DNA of 53,984 nucleotides from a virus (Duplodnaviria; Caudoviricetes): IMG/VR virus record IMGVR_UViG_3300032335_001026, positions 1 to 53,984 of that record; one strand, 5' to 3'. Shown piece by piece: positions 46,260 to 53,984 of this stretch (position 1 is its first letter; each line of letters starts with the position of its first letter). The notes under the pieces were generated by a model. It saw only the letters and a program-made list of their open reading frames with translations, ran no database searches and was not told where the DNA came from. The position numbers and the translations under genes were made by a program.

Positions 46260-46514
46260 ATGATCCACCCCACCCTCAACATCAACGGCACCAGCGCGGA
46301 CGACCTGATCCAGCCGCGCCTCGACGCCTACGACCTCCTGCGCGCCGCCATGGTGGCCCTGCAGCAGGTGACGCCCAACGGCCGGGACTATCCCGGCGAC
46401 AACGACCAGTGCGTGGCCGATCGGTGGGCGCACTACGACCGCCTCGCGGCGATCACGGCCATCGCGGCCGAGATCATGGCCGAGGCCATCAGCATCAAGG
46501 AGCAGATCAAATGA
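46260..46514 (+). CDS. Early hypothetical protein
   Basis: PTLNINGTS...PNGRDY. Confidence 0.75.
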   Translation: MIHPTLNINGTSADDLIQPRLDAYDLLRAAMVALQQVTPNGRDYPGDNDQCVADRWAHYDRLAAITAIAAEIMAEAISIKEQIK

Positions 46515-47380
46515 CCCGGCCCGGCCGTCTGCTCACCACATTCATGGATGTCAGCCGGAAGCGGGGCTCGACACCGGGTGTTGAACACGCGAAGCTGCGC
46601 GACCTGCTCAATTTTACTGCGCGCCATGCCGTCAAGTTCATCAGCCCGCAGAGCGTCAAGCTGGACGAGGGCAAGCCAATGCTGCTGTCGGACTTGCGCC
46701 CGCCCTACCCGGTCACTGCGCTGGAGGGGGAAATGTTCGGCATGGAGGGTGCCGCCGGGCTGATCATCGCGCGTGACACCGGAGAGCACGTCGAGCTTAA
46801 CTTCATCTGCCGCATGCACGAGGGCGCGCGGGCGCTCGTCCCCGAATTATACGAGTGGCTTTTCACAACGGTGACATGCCGGATCCGGTACAGCGACGCG
46901 TCGTTCCACGAGCCTTACGATATAGAGCTGCAGGACTTTCAGCGACAGCATCCGTGGACAAAGGGAAGGGACACTAGAAGCTACGCGCCGTTTTTGGGTT
47001 TGTATGGAGGCGTGTGCCAGATATTGGCCAACCACGAAGTGGAGACGACGGACGTGTCGCCTGACGCCAAGGAGGCGCGCTCGCGGCGCATCAGGGACAA
47101 GACCCCCCTCTTCACGTACAAGACGCTGGCGATCGGCGCGCCCAAGACGCGGCCAGCCGGCAAGGGCGGGGGCACGCACGCGTCGCCGCGATCGCACTTG
47201 CGTCGGGGCTTCTACCGTACCAGCAAGCACGGCGTGCGCCACTGGGTGCAGGCGACGGTGGTCAAGGGCGACACTCCCGGCTTCGTCCACAAGGACTATC
47301 AGATTGAACAGCGAGCAGTGGATGGCAACCTGCGCCACGCTCGCCCAGACATACGAGAGAACCATGAACGCATACACTGA
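46511..47380 (+). CDS. Conserved phage protein with C-terminal SPRxHxRRG motif
   Basis: THASPRSHLRRGFYR...WV....KG...KDY. Confidence 0.7.
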   Translation: MTRPGRLLTTFMDVSRKRGSTPGVEHAKLRDLLNFTARHAVKFISPQSVKLDEGKPMLLSDLRPPYPVTALEGEMFGMEGAAGLIIARDTGEHVELNFICRMHEGARALVPELYEWLFTTVTCRIRYSDASFHEPYDIELQDFQRQHPWTKGRDTRSYAPFLGLYGGVCQILANHEVETTDVSPDAKEARSRRIRDKTPLFTYKTLAIGAPKTRPAGKGGGTHASPRSHLRRGFYRTSKHGVRHWVQATVVKGDTPGFVHKDYQIEQRAVDGNLRHARPDIRENHERIH

Positions 47381-47522
47381 CCTGCTGTCCATGCTCGAGG
47401 AGGTCGCCGATTACCTCGACCGCTACGCCGACGTGATCGACGGCGACGACGGTCAGCCCGAGGCGAACGAGGCCATGCGGCTGCTGACGGCCGTGAACGA
47501 GACGATCGCCAAGGCAAAATAG
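47364..47522 (+). CDS. Small acidic early protein
   Basis: GAGAG RBS; typical codon usage. Confidence 0.6.
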   Translation: MNAYTDLLSMLEEVADYLDRYADVIDGDDGQPEANEAMRLLTAVNETIAKAK

Positions 47523-47580
47523 TTGTTGCAACCCCACGTTCAAAGTGCGAGAAGGGCCCATCAGCAACGGAGATCGACCA
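47516..47580 (+). promoter_or_regulatory. Early promoter/operator repeat copy
   Basis: AAAATAGTTGTTGCAAC-N5-GTTCAA, CATCAGCAACGGAGA. Confidence 0.75.
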
Positions 47581-47784
47581 GTGACCATCAGCCTCCCCGC
47601 CATCACCGCCGAAACCATCCTCGCAGATGTGGCCACGCTGGCCGAAGCGAAGGCGATCGCCCGCGACATGCGCCGCACCGCCATCGTTGTGGCCGACGCT
47701 CACGGCGAAGCCTCGGACATCTCCCGCGCGGTCTCAGCCCGCTACTGGGCGTTTGTGGACGAGATGGCGTTCAAGTTCGCCTGA
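47581..47784 (+). CDS. Early hypothetical protein
   Basis: GTG after RBS. Confidence 0.65.
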   Translation: MTISLPAITAETILADVATLAEAKAIARDMRRTAIVVADAHGEASDISRAVSARYWAFVDEMAFKFA

Positions 47785-47809
47785 TCAGCAGCACGCAGGG
47801 AGACGACCA

Positions 47810-48055
47810 ATGCCCACCTACCGCAACATCAACCCCTACAAGGCCTACCGCAGCTTCAAGCGCCTCAAGGGCGGCCGCCCGGTGCATATCGCGCACAGCC
47901 ACCTGCTCGCCGCAGTCGATCGCCTCATCACCGTCCGCGCCGGAGAGGGCGAGGGCACAGGATATCTGCGGACACTGTCCGAGATTTACGCCCTCGTCGC
48001 CCTGAAGCGCGCGCTCCAGAGCAACACGATGCACGAAGGAACGAAAACATGGTGA
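47810..48055 (+). CDS. Early hypothetical protein
   Basis: GGGGAGA RBS. Confidence 0.65.
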   Translation: MPTYRNINPYKAYRSFKRLKGGRPVHIAHSHLLAAVDRLITVRAGEGEGTGYLRTLSEIYALVALKRALQSNTMHEGTKTW

Positions 48056-48375
48056 TCACACCGAAGCAGTTCGACGCAGCGCGCAAGCGGGCGCACCTCA
48101 CCCTGCGCGAAGCGGACACGTTCGCGGAAGCCCTTGGCATCACCATTGCCCCGCCCGAACCATCCGAGGCGATGGTGAAGCTGGCGCGCGCCGCCGAACG
48201 CGAGCGTGATGCGAAGGACGCCCGCATTGCGCAGTTGGAGGGGGCTTTGCGAGGCATGGTGTTCATCTACAATTATGGCGACGCGGCGTCTCCCGATTAT
48301 CGAGTGTCGGTCATGGAAGAAGCCCGCGCCGCTCTCGAAGGCCGCGTACAGGAGACGACCGATGGCATTGCGTGA
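48049..48375 (+). CDS. Early hypothetical protein
   Basis: Coupled ORF; coiled coil. Confidence 0.65.
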   Translation: MVITPKQFDAARKRAHLTLREADTFAEALGITIAPPEPSEAMVKLARAAERERDAKDARIAQLEGALRGMVFIYNYGDAASPDYRVSVMEEARAALEGRVQETTDGIA

Positions 48376-48568
48376 TGATGTGGCGGCTCGGCTGAAAAAG
48401 CTGATGGCCGTGACCGATGATCTGGAGGTGGTGGCCGAAGCCATCATCCCGCTGGTGCGCGATGCCCACATCGCCGCTCGTCTGCGTGAACGGGCAGATG
48501 CAGCGACCGGCAGTGCCCAAGCTGTGATGTATGAGATCGTGCGGATGATTGAGACGGGCGAGTTGTGA
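48362..48568 (+). CDS. Early hypothetical protein
   Basis: AGGAGA RBS. Confidence 0.6.
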   Translation: MALRDDVAARLKKLMAVTDDLEVVAEAIIPLVRDAHIAARLRERADAATGSAQAVMYEIVRMIETGEL

Positions 48569-48631
48569 AATAGTTGTCGCAACGCCACGTTCAAACTGCC
48601 ATAGAGGGTCAGCAACCAAGGAGACCGACCA
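48568..48631 (+). promoter_or_regulatory. Early promoter/operator repeat copy
   Basis: AAATAGTTGTCGCAAC-N5-GTTCAA, TCAGCAAC, AAGGAGAC. Confidence 0.7.
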
Positions 48632-48820
48632 ATGACCAAGACCGCACAGATCGACGCCGCCCTCAAGCAGCTCGCCTACGAGATCGCCGAGGACACGGCC
48701 ACCTACGACACCGTGACCGCCCTCCTCGCCATGGACGCGATCGACCGCTTCGTCAACGACGCCCCGGCCGCGAGCAAGGAGCGCCTGTTCGACATCCTCA
48801 AGGAGAAGACCAATGACTGA
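48632..48820 (+). CDS. Early hypothetical protein
   Basis: Strong RBS behind a promoter repeat. Confidence 0.7.
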   Translation: MTKTAQIDAALKQLAYEIAEDTATYDTVTALLAMDAIDRFVNDAPAASKERLFDILKEKTND

Positions 48821-49013
48821 CTACATCGAAAAATACTGGCCCGTCTACGTCGCCGGCCTCCTCCTGTGCTTCCTCGTTCTCATCCTGTTAGGGCTGGCGC
48901 GGGAGGACACTGCTCGCACCGCCTACTGTCAGGATCGCGGGATGCTGCTGGTGAGCACGCCCGCAGGCGAGCGCTGCGCGCCCCTCTGGGCGCTCGAGAG
49001 GATCGTCCGGTGA
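48813..49013 (+). CDS. Small membrane protein
   Basis: N-terminal TM helix; C..G...C pattern. Confidence 0.7.
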   Translation: MTDYIEKYWPVYVAGLLLCFLVLILLGLAREDTARTAYCQDRGMLLVSTPAGERCAPLWALERIVR

Positions 49014-49435
49014 ACACAGACATCCGACTCAACGCGATGATCCGCGCCCTCGACGAGCGACTGAAGACAGTCAGCATCGATCAGGTCGAGCTGAGCGTCC
49101 GCACCTTGAAGGCGCTCAAGGACTGCGGCGTGCGGACTCTGCACGAGGCCCAGATGGCGCTGATAAACCGCCAACTGCGCAGGCAGCCCAACATAGGCCC
49201 CAAGGCCGTCCGAGAGGTCGAGGAGATCATCTTCAACGTGACGGCCTCGCTGCCGCCGCCGGCTGAGGTGGCAAGGCAGCAGCGCCGCCTCGAGCTCAAC
49301 AGCCTACTGCTGGCCTACGAGGCGCACGTCCTCGCCGTATACGCACATCAGACGCGCGGGGACGATGCCTCCGAACGCAGAGTGGTAATCGAGAAAGTCC
49401 GCGAGAAGATCCTCGCTTACGCCGACAAGGACTGA
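49010..49435 (+). CDS. RNA polymerase alpha-CTD-like protein
   Basis: SIDQVELSVRTLKALKDCGVRTL...LRRQPNIGPKAVREV. Confidence 0.8.
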   Translation: MNTDIRLNAMIRALDERLKTVSIDQVELSVRTLKALKDCGVRTLHEAQMALINRQLRRQPNIGPKAVREVEEIIFNVTASLPPPAEVARQQRRLELNSLLLAYEAHVLAVYAHQTRGDDASERRVVIEKVREKILAYADKD

Positions 49436-49438
49436 CCC

Positions 49439-49783
49439 ATGAACCGCAAGGCAATTATCCGCGATCGCCGCTTCTGGTGGCTGTACCCCGAGACGGGGCG
49501 CATGGAGCGCATCTACGCCACCGAGCGGATCCGCCAGCAACTGTCTCAGGTTGCGTCGCTCGAAGGCCGCGAGAAGCCGAAAGTCTGCACCAACCCACCC
49601 CGGGTACCCGGCACGTCGCCGACACTGCCATCACTCGGGGCCTACGACGAGACCCTAACCCTGAAGGAACTGGGCCGCATCCACGGCTGGGGGTCGCAGT
49701 ATCGGTTTCGGAACGCACTGAAAAAACACCGCCCCGCCATCCTCGAAATCGCGCGCGCCAGACGAGAAAGGAAAGCCGCATGA
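49439..49783 (+). CDS. Hypothetical protein, possible C-terminal HTH
   Basis: TLKELGRIHGW.SQY.FRNALK. Confidence 0.65.
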   Translation: MNRKAIIRDRRFWWLYPETGRMERIYATERIRQQLSQVASLEGREKPKVCTNPPRVPGTSPTLPSLGAYDETLTLKELGRIHGWGSQYRFRNALKKHRPAILEIARARRERKAA

Positions 49784-50019
49784 CAGACACGCCGCTTAGT
49801 ATCGCCGCCGCCAACGTCGCCGCCTACGCCGCCGCCTACGACGCCGCCCGCGCCGCCGACGCCGCTTACGTCGCCGCCGCCGACGCCGCCTACGACGCCG
49901 CCGACGCCGCCCGCGCCGCCGGCTATGGGCGCATCGCTGCGCTGATCGAAGCCGCCCTCGCCGCCGACGCCGTCGCCCTCGCCGCCGCCGCCGACGCCGC
50001 TGCCGCCGACGCCGAATAA
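49780..50019 (+). CDS. Ala/Asp/Tyr low-complexity protein
   Basis: GCC-rich repeats encoding AAYDAA; ATGA coupling. Confidence 0.6.
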   Translation: MTDTPLSIAAANVAAYAAAYDAARAADAAYVAAADAAYDAADAARAAGYGRIAALIEAALAADAVALAAAADAAAADAE

Positions 50020-50078
50020 GTGTTGCAAGTAACCATTGCATCTGCCACACAGCACCCCCATCAGCAAACGGAGAGACC
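50015..50078 (+). promoter_or_regulatory. Promoter/operator repeat copy upstream of the cro-primase operon
   Basis: TTGCAAG-N5-ATTGCA, CATCAGCAAACGGAGA. Confidence 0.7.
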
Positions 50079-50279
50079 ATGAGTATTTTCGATATCATCA
50101 ACCCATGGCGCGCGCTGCGCGACGCCCGCTGGACTATCGACGCGCAGACACGCGAGATCGATACCCTGTACGACCGGTTCGAAGCGCTCGAGCGCAAGGC
50201 GCGGGAGGCAGAGACCGACAGTCTACTCGTCCGCGTCCTGCGCGCCAAGATCGAGCGGCTAGAGGAGGCGCAGAAATGA
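50079..50279 (+). CDS. Hypothetical coiled-coil protein
   Basis: RBS; coupled ORF. Confidence 0.7.
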   Translation: MSIFDIINPWRALRDARWTIDAQTREIDTLYDRFEALERKAREAETDSLLVRVLRAKIERLEEAQK

Positions 50280-50449
50280 TCGCCGAGGCACGAGAGGCCT
50301 TCGCCCAGCGCGATCAACTGGAGGCCGAGCTGGCCGTCGTCAACGCGCGGCTGGCCAATTTCAAGGCCCGGTACATGGAGCGCACCCGCATCTGGGGCAT
50401 CCGAGACGAGCGCTTTCGCTTTGAGATCAACAGAATGGAAGACGCATGA
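50276..50449 (+). CDS. Hypothetical protein
   Basis: GAGGAGG RBS; ATGA coupling at both ends. Confidence 0.65.
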   Translation: MIAEAREAFAQRDQLEAELAVVNARLANFKARYMERTRIWGIRDERFRFEINRMEDA

Positions 50450-50679
50450 ACGACCGCATCGCCGCCATCAACCTCGCCATCACCAAGGGCGGCGGCATCG
50501 TCCGCTTTGCCAAGAGCATGGGCGTGTCGCATCAGGCCATCTACGCGTGGAAGCGGCGCGGCTGGGTGCCGGTCGAGAAGGCCGTCGTGATCGAGGCCGC
50601 CTACGGCATCCCGCGCGATGACCTGATGAGCCCCGGCCTTGTCCGCGCGCTCGCCGCCCCCGGTACCGACCTGCTGTAA
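50446..50679 (+). CDS. Cro/YdaS-like HTH regulator
   Basis: AITKGGG...FAKSMGVSHQAIYAW..RG.VP......IE...GIPR.DL. Confidence 0.85.
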   Translation: MNDRIAAINLAITKGGGIVRFAKSMGVSHQAIYAWKRRGWVPVEKAVVIEAAYGIPRDDLMSPGLVRALAAPGTDLL

Positions 50680-50696
50680 GATCCGTGGAGGACGAC

Positions 50697-52724
50697 ATGT
50701 CTGCCAGCGTGAGGGCAATTGCGCCCAAAATCCGCGCCCTTGAGGTGCCGGAAGAACTGCGGATGGTGCCGGCGTGGCTCATCTGGAGGCTCGAGCAATA
50801 CCGCGACGAGATCAAGCCGCGCAAAATCCCCTACTGGACGGACGGCACCATCCGCCACGGTCAGCAGGGCTCGCCGACCGATCGCGCGCGTCTGACCACC
50901 TTCGCCGCCGCGCGCGACGCAGCGGCGCGCATGGGCTACGCGGGCGTCGGCTTTGCGCCCCTGCCGGACTTTGGCTACACCTTCCTCGACTTCGACAACT
51001 GCGTCGGGCCGGACGGCCAGATACCGGCCGAGATCGAGCGTATCATCGCTCGGACGTATGCCGAGTACAGCCCGAGCGGGAAGGGCATCCGTGCCGTCCT
51101 GAAGGGCAATCTGGGCAACCACAAGAGCCCGTCAGGGCCGAACCAGTTCGGCTTTGAGACGTTCTCCAACTCGATGTACGTCACGTTCACCGGCAACATC
51201 CTGCCCGCCTGCGAGATGATCGGCCTCGAGAACACAGTGGCCGAGGTCGATCAGTATGTCATCGATCTGTGCGAGCGCCGCTTTGGGCCACGTAGCCATA
51301 ACGTCGTCGATCCCGACGATTTCATGGCCGGCCGCGAGCCGCGACTGGGCCTGACACCCGAGCGCATGGCCGAGCTGGTCAACAGCCTCGACCCCAACAT
51401 GGGCCGGGACGAGTGGATCCGGGTCGGCATGGCCCTGCACCACGAGTGCGACGGCGACGACACCGGCTTCGAGCTGTGGGACGAGTGGTCGAGTGACGGC
51501 CACACCTACGTCAGCACCGAGGCCATGCGCGACCAGTGGGACAGCTTCGAACGCCGCAAGGGGTCGAACCGCCGGCAGGTCACCATGGCCTCGGTGATCA
51601 AGATGGCCAAGGAGGCCGCCCGCCCTACTGAGGCAGCCAGCCGGGAAGAGGTGATCGCCAAGGCCGAGGCGATCATGGCTGCGCTGCCGACCAAGAGCGC
51701 CGGCCGCTTCGGCCCGGTGCCGATATACGACCTGACCCAGCGCGAGCCGATGGGCTGGCTGATCAAGGGCGTGCTGCCGCGCGCGGAGCTGGGCATCCTG
51801 TTCGGCGCGTCGGGCAGCGGCAAGACGTTCGTCGCCCTCGACCTCGCTTTCGCGATCGCGCGCGGCAACGCGTGGCGCACCCGGCGCACGGCCAAGGCGC
51901 GGGTGGTGATCATCGCCGCAGAAGGCGGATCTGGTCTGGGCAAGCGCGCGCAGGCCTACGCCCAGCACCACGGCTTCGACCTGCGCGACATGGACGCCCT
52001 GCACGTCATCACGGCCGCGCCAAACTTTCTGGACGGTGACGACATCTCCGAAGTGATGGCCGAGATCAAGAACCTCGGCCCGGTCGATCTGATCATCACC
52101 GACACGCTGGCGCAGGTGACGCCCGGCGCGAACGAAAACACGTCTGAGGACATGGGCCGGGCGCTGGGCAACATCAACCTTCTGCACGAGGCCACTGGCG
52201 CGATGAACCTCGTCGTCCACCACGCCGGCAAGGATCTCAGCAAGGGCTCGCGCGGCTGGTCAGGCCTGAAGGCGGCCGCCGACGTGCAGATCGAGGTGCT
52301 GCGCCACGAGAACGGCGACCGCGAGATCGTGATCGAAAAAATGAAGGACGGCGAAGACGGCCTGCGCTGGGGTTTCCGGCTGGAGACCGTGCTGCTGGGC
52401 CTCGACGACGACGGTGACGACATCACGAGCTGCGTCGCGGTCGAGGTTGAGATCCGCCCGGCGGCGGCCCCCGACGACAAGAAGGGCGTGAAGCGTCGCG
52501 GCCGCCTTGAGACCCACCTGCTGGAGGTGATGACCACATTCCCAGCGGATGCAATTGTTCGCGCGGAGGAGCTGATCCAGAAGGCCTGCGATATGCTACC
52601 GCCACCGGACGCGGGCAAGCGCGACATCCGCCGCCAGTCTGTTGTCCGGGCAATTCAGCAACTTAGCAAGGAGAAGGACGGCCCACTGCGGATGGAAAAC
52701 GGGGTTGTTATTTTTTACGAATAG
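50697..52724 (+). CDS. Primase-helicase (AEP primpol, PriCT-2, RepA/AAA_25, C-terminal wHTH)
   Basis: FLDFD, EYSPSGKG, WIRVGMALH..WDEWS, GASGSGKT, ITDT, VHHAGKD..RGWS. Confidence 0.9.
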   Translation: MSASVRAIAPKIRALEVPEELRMVPAWLIWRLEQYRDEIKPRKIPYWTDGTIRHGQQGSPTDRARLTTFAAARDAAARMGYAGVGFAPLPDFGYTFLDFDNCVGPDGQIPAEIERIIARTYAEYSPSGKGIRAVLKGNLGNHKSPSGPNQFGFETFSNSMYVTFTGNILPACEMIGLENTVAEVDQYVIDLCERRFGPRSHNVVDPDDFMAGREPRLGLTPERMAELVNSLDPNMGRDEWIRVGMALHHECDGDDTGFELWDEWSSDGHTYVSTEAMRDQWDSFERRKGSNRRQVTMASVIKMAKEAARPTEAASREEVIAKAEAIMAALPTKSAGRFGPVPIYDLTQREPMGWLIKGVLPRAELGILFGASGSGKTFVALDLAFAIARGNAWRTRRTAKARVVIIAAEGGSGLGKRAQAYAQHHGFDLRDMDALHVITAAPNFLDGDDISEVMAEIKNLGPVDLIITDTLAQVTPGANENTSEDMGRALGNINLLHEATGAMNLVVHHAGKDLSKGSRGWSGLKAAADVQIEVLRHENGDREIVIEKMKDGEDGLRWGFRLETVLLGLDDDGDDITSCVAVEVEIRPAAAPDDKKGVKRRGRLETHLLEVMTTFPADAIVRAEELIQKACDMLPPPDAGKRDIRRQSVVRAIQQLSKEKDGPLRMENGVVIFYE

Positions 52725-52787
52725 GGGCTTGCAATCCTGCATTGATAGGCCCATATGATGTCTATCAGCAACCAAGGAGAGACCCAC
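52720..52787 (+). promoter_or_regulatory. Promoter/operator repeat copy at the head of the replication operon
   Basis: AATAGGGGCTTGCAAT-N5-ATTGAT, TATCAGCAACCAAGGAGAGACCC. Confidence 0.7.
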
Positions 52788-53102
52788 ATGGCTACCCAGC
52801 CCAACACCATCGACCTCGCCGCCTCGGTCGTAGACCGCCTCGGCAACATCAAGGCCCAGATCGCCGAACTGAAGGCGATCGAGGCCAGCCTGATCGCGCA
52901 CATCATCAACGCGGGCGACACTGCCATCGACGGCAGCCTGTTCCGCGCCACGGTGTCGGCGGTGGCCGAGCGCCAGTCGCTCGACGCCAAGGCCGCCGAG
53001 GCCAAGCTGCGCGAGCTGGGCGTGGACGGCCGCTGGTTCAGCAAGCACCAGAAGGTGACCAAGGGCTACACGACCGTGAAGGTCGTGGCGCGCAAGGCCT
53101 GA
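52788..53102 (+). CDS. Hypothetical protein
   Basis: VDRLG.IKAQIAELK..E; strong RBS. Confidence 0.75.
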   Translation: MATQPNTIDLAASVVDRLGNIKAQIAELKAIEASLIAHIINAGDTAIDGSLFRATVSAVAERQSLDAKAAEAKLRELGVDGRWFSKHQKVTKGYTTVKVVARKA

Positions 53103-53106
53103 TCCG

Positions 53107-53274
53107 ATGGTGAAGGCAGCCAACTATTACAAGCTCGGCAAGGGTCGCGCGGTGGTCTCGATCGAGATCATCGACGCGGGCCGCCGCACCCACATTTGTG
53201 AACACGCCGTCGAGGGCAAGCGCGAGGCCCGCCTCGTTGCCGCCCAGTATGACGCTGAACCGTGGAACTTTTGA
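53107..53274 (+). CDS. Small hypothetical protein (not in the ORF track)
   Basis: MVKAANYY...GKREAR.VAAQ..AEPWNF; 55 aa. Confidence 0.65.
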   Translation: MVKAANYYKLGKGRAVVSIEIIDAGRRTHICEHAVEGKREARLVAAQYDAEPWNF

Positions 53275-53287
53275 GGGGAGACGAAAG

Positions 53288-53545
53288 ATGAACGACCGCA
53301 ATTATTGGCGCACCTGCGACACGTCGCGCTTGATCGAAGAGGCCTTCGACGGCGACAACGAGCTGGCCATCGTGCTGGCCGAGCGTCTGGAAGACATGGA
53401 TACCGAGGCGCAGGAGGCACTGGCCGACTGGAAGCAGCGTGCGGAGGATTTTGAGATCGACCGCAACCAGCTCGACGACAAGGTCTACGAACTGCGCGCC
53501 GAGATCGAGAAACTGGAACTGATGATCGCATCATTGAGGAGCTGA
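53288..53545 (+). CDS. Acidic coiled-coil protein
   Basis: GAGGGGAG RBS. Confidence 0.7.
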   Translation: MNDRNYWRTCDTSRLIEEAFDGDNELAIVLAERLEDMDTEAQEALADWKQRAEDFEIDRNQLDDKVYELRAEIEKLELMIASLRS

Positions 53546-53548
53546 GGA

Positions 53549-53956
53549 ATGTATAAGATCGAGATCACCGCCGACACGCTGGCGGAACTGGCCGGCAAGG
53601 CCATGTCGCTGGCGGCCAAGCTGAACAGCGGCGCGGCAACGGAACCGGCCGCGAGTAAGGCCGACTTTGAGCAGGCCAGACGCATGGTCGATGAAGCGTT
53701 TCCTTCTTTGCGGGAGGTGGCCGACCCTGCGCCGGAGGCACCTGCACCTGCAGCACCCGCGCCGGAGGCACCCGTGGCCGACGCACCCGCGCTCAGCTTC
53801 GAGCAGGATGTGGCCCCCGTGGTGCTGCGCGCCGTGGCGACCAAGGGCAAGCCCTACGTCGAGGGCGTGATGACCGAGTTCGGTGTGGTGCGCGCCTCGC
53901 AACTGGACGCGGCGCGCTGGGCCGAGCTGATCGACCGTCTGGAGAGCCCATTCTGA
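53549..53956 (+). CDS. Pro/Ala-linker protein of the type preceding DUF2800 genes
   Basis: C-terminal helical domain (G...V...FGV..ASQL); stop overlaps the repeated nuclease start. Confidence 0.75.
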   Translation: MYKIEITADTLAELAGKAMSLAAKLNSGAATEPAASKADFEQARRMVDEAFPSLREVADPAPEAPAPAAPAPEAPVADAPALSFEQDVAPVVLRAVATKGKPYVEGVMTEFGVVRASQLDAARWAELIDRLESPF

Positions 53957-53984
53957 TGGCACACGCAAAGCTCAGCCCGTCGGG

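Noticed and set aside
1-53984. tRNA/rRNA genes
   Set aside because: No cloverleaf or rRNA-like sequence recognised by eye; tRNAscan-SE was not run

Overview
The window is a near-complete ~54 kb, GC-rich dsDNA tailed-phage genome. Its last 32 nt repeat 85-116 with one mismatch. The host is probably an alphaproteobacterium (GapR homologue), and the phage looks lytic because I see no integrase. The + strand arm (45350-53956, continuing at 88-7199) carries early and replication genes: small early ORFs behind a repeated promoter/operator, an RNAP alpha-CTD-like protein, a Cro-like HTH, a primase-helicase, a Cas4-like nuclease, SSB, GapR, PolA, VRR-NUC and an SNF2 helicase. The - strand arm (45058 down to 7260) carries TerS/TerL, portal, GroES, scaffold, a Mu-gpT-like capsid, a Hef-like endonuclease, head/tail/fibre genes, the lysis cassette and ejection-type proteins. 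Four signals stand out. (1) Two tandem effector-like proteins share a ~120-aa leader that begins with the MRSTD(F) peptide of the capsid N-terminus, but carry different domains (ART-like and glycosylase-like), and a [FYM]-[AK]-x-GG tag recurs in at least 5 late proteins. (2) A structured RNA upstream of DNA polymerase has a loop antisense to the conserved ATCAGCAAC..GGAGAC leader/RBS of the early genes. (3) An iteron-flanked candidate origin encodes a protein that shares its C-terminal domain with the primase-helicase. (4) A pseudoknotted Mu-gpT-DE-like RNA lies downstream of the capsid gene. All family assignments are by eye; no searches were run.
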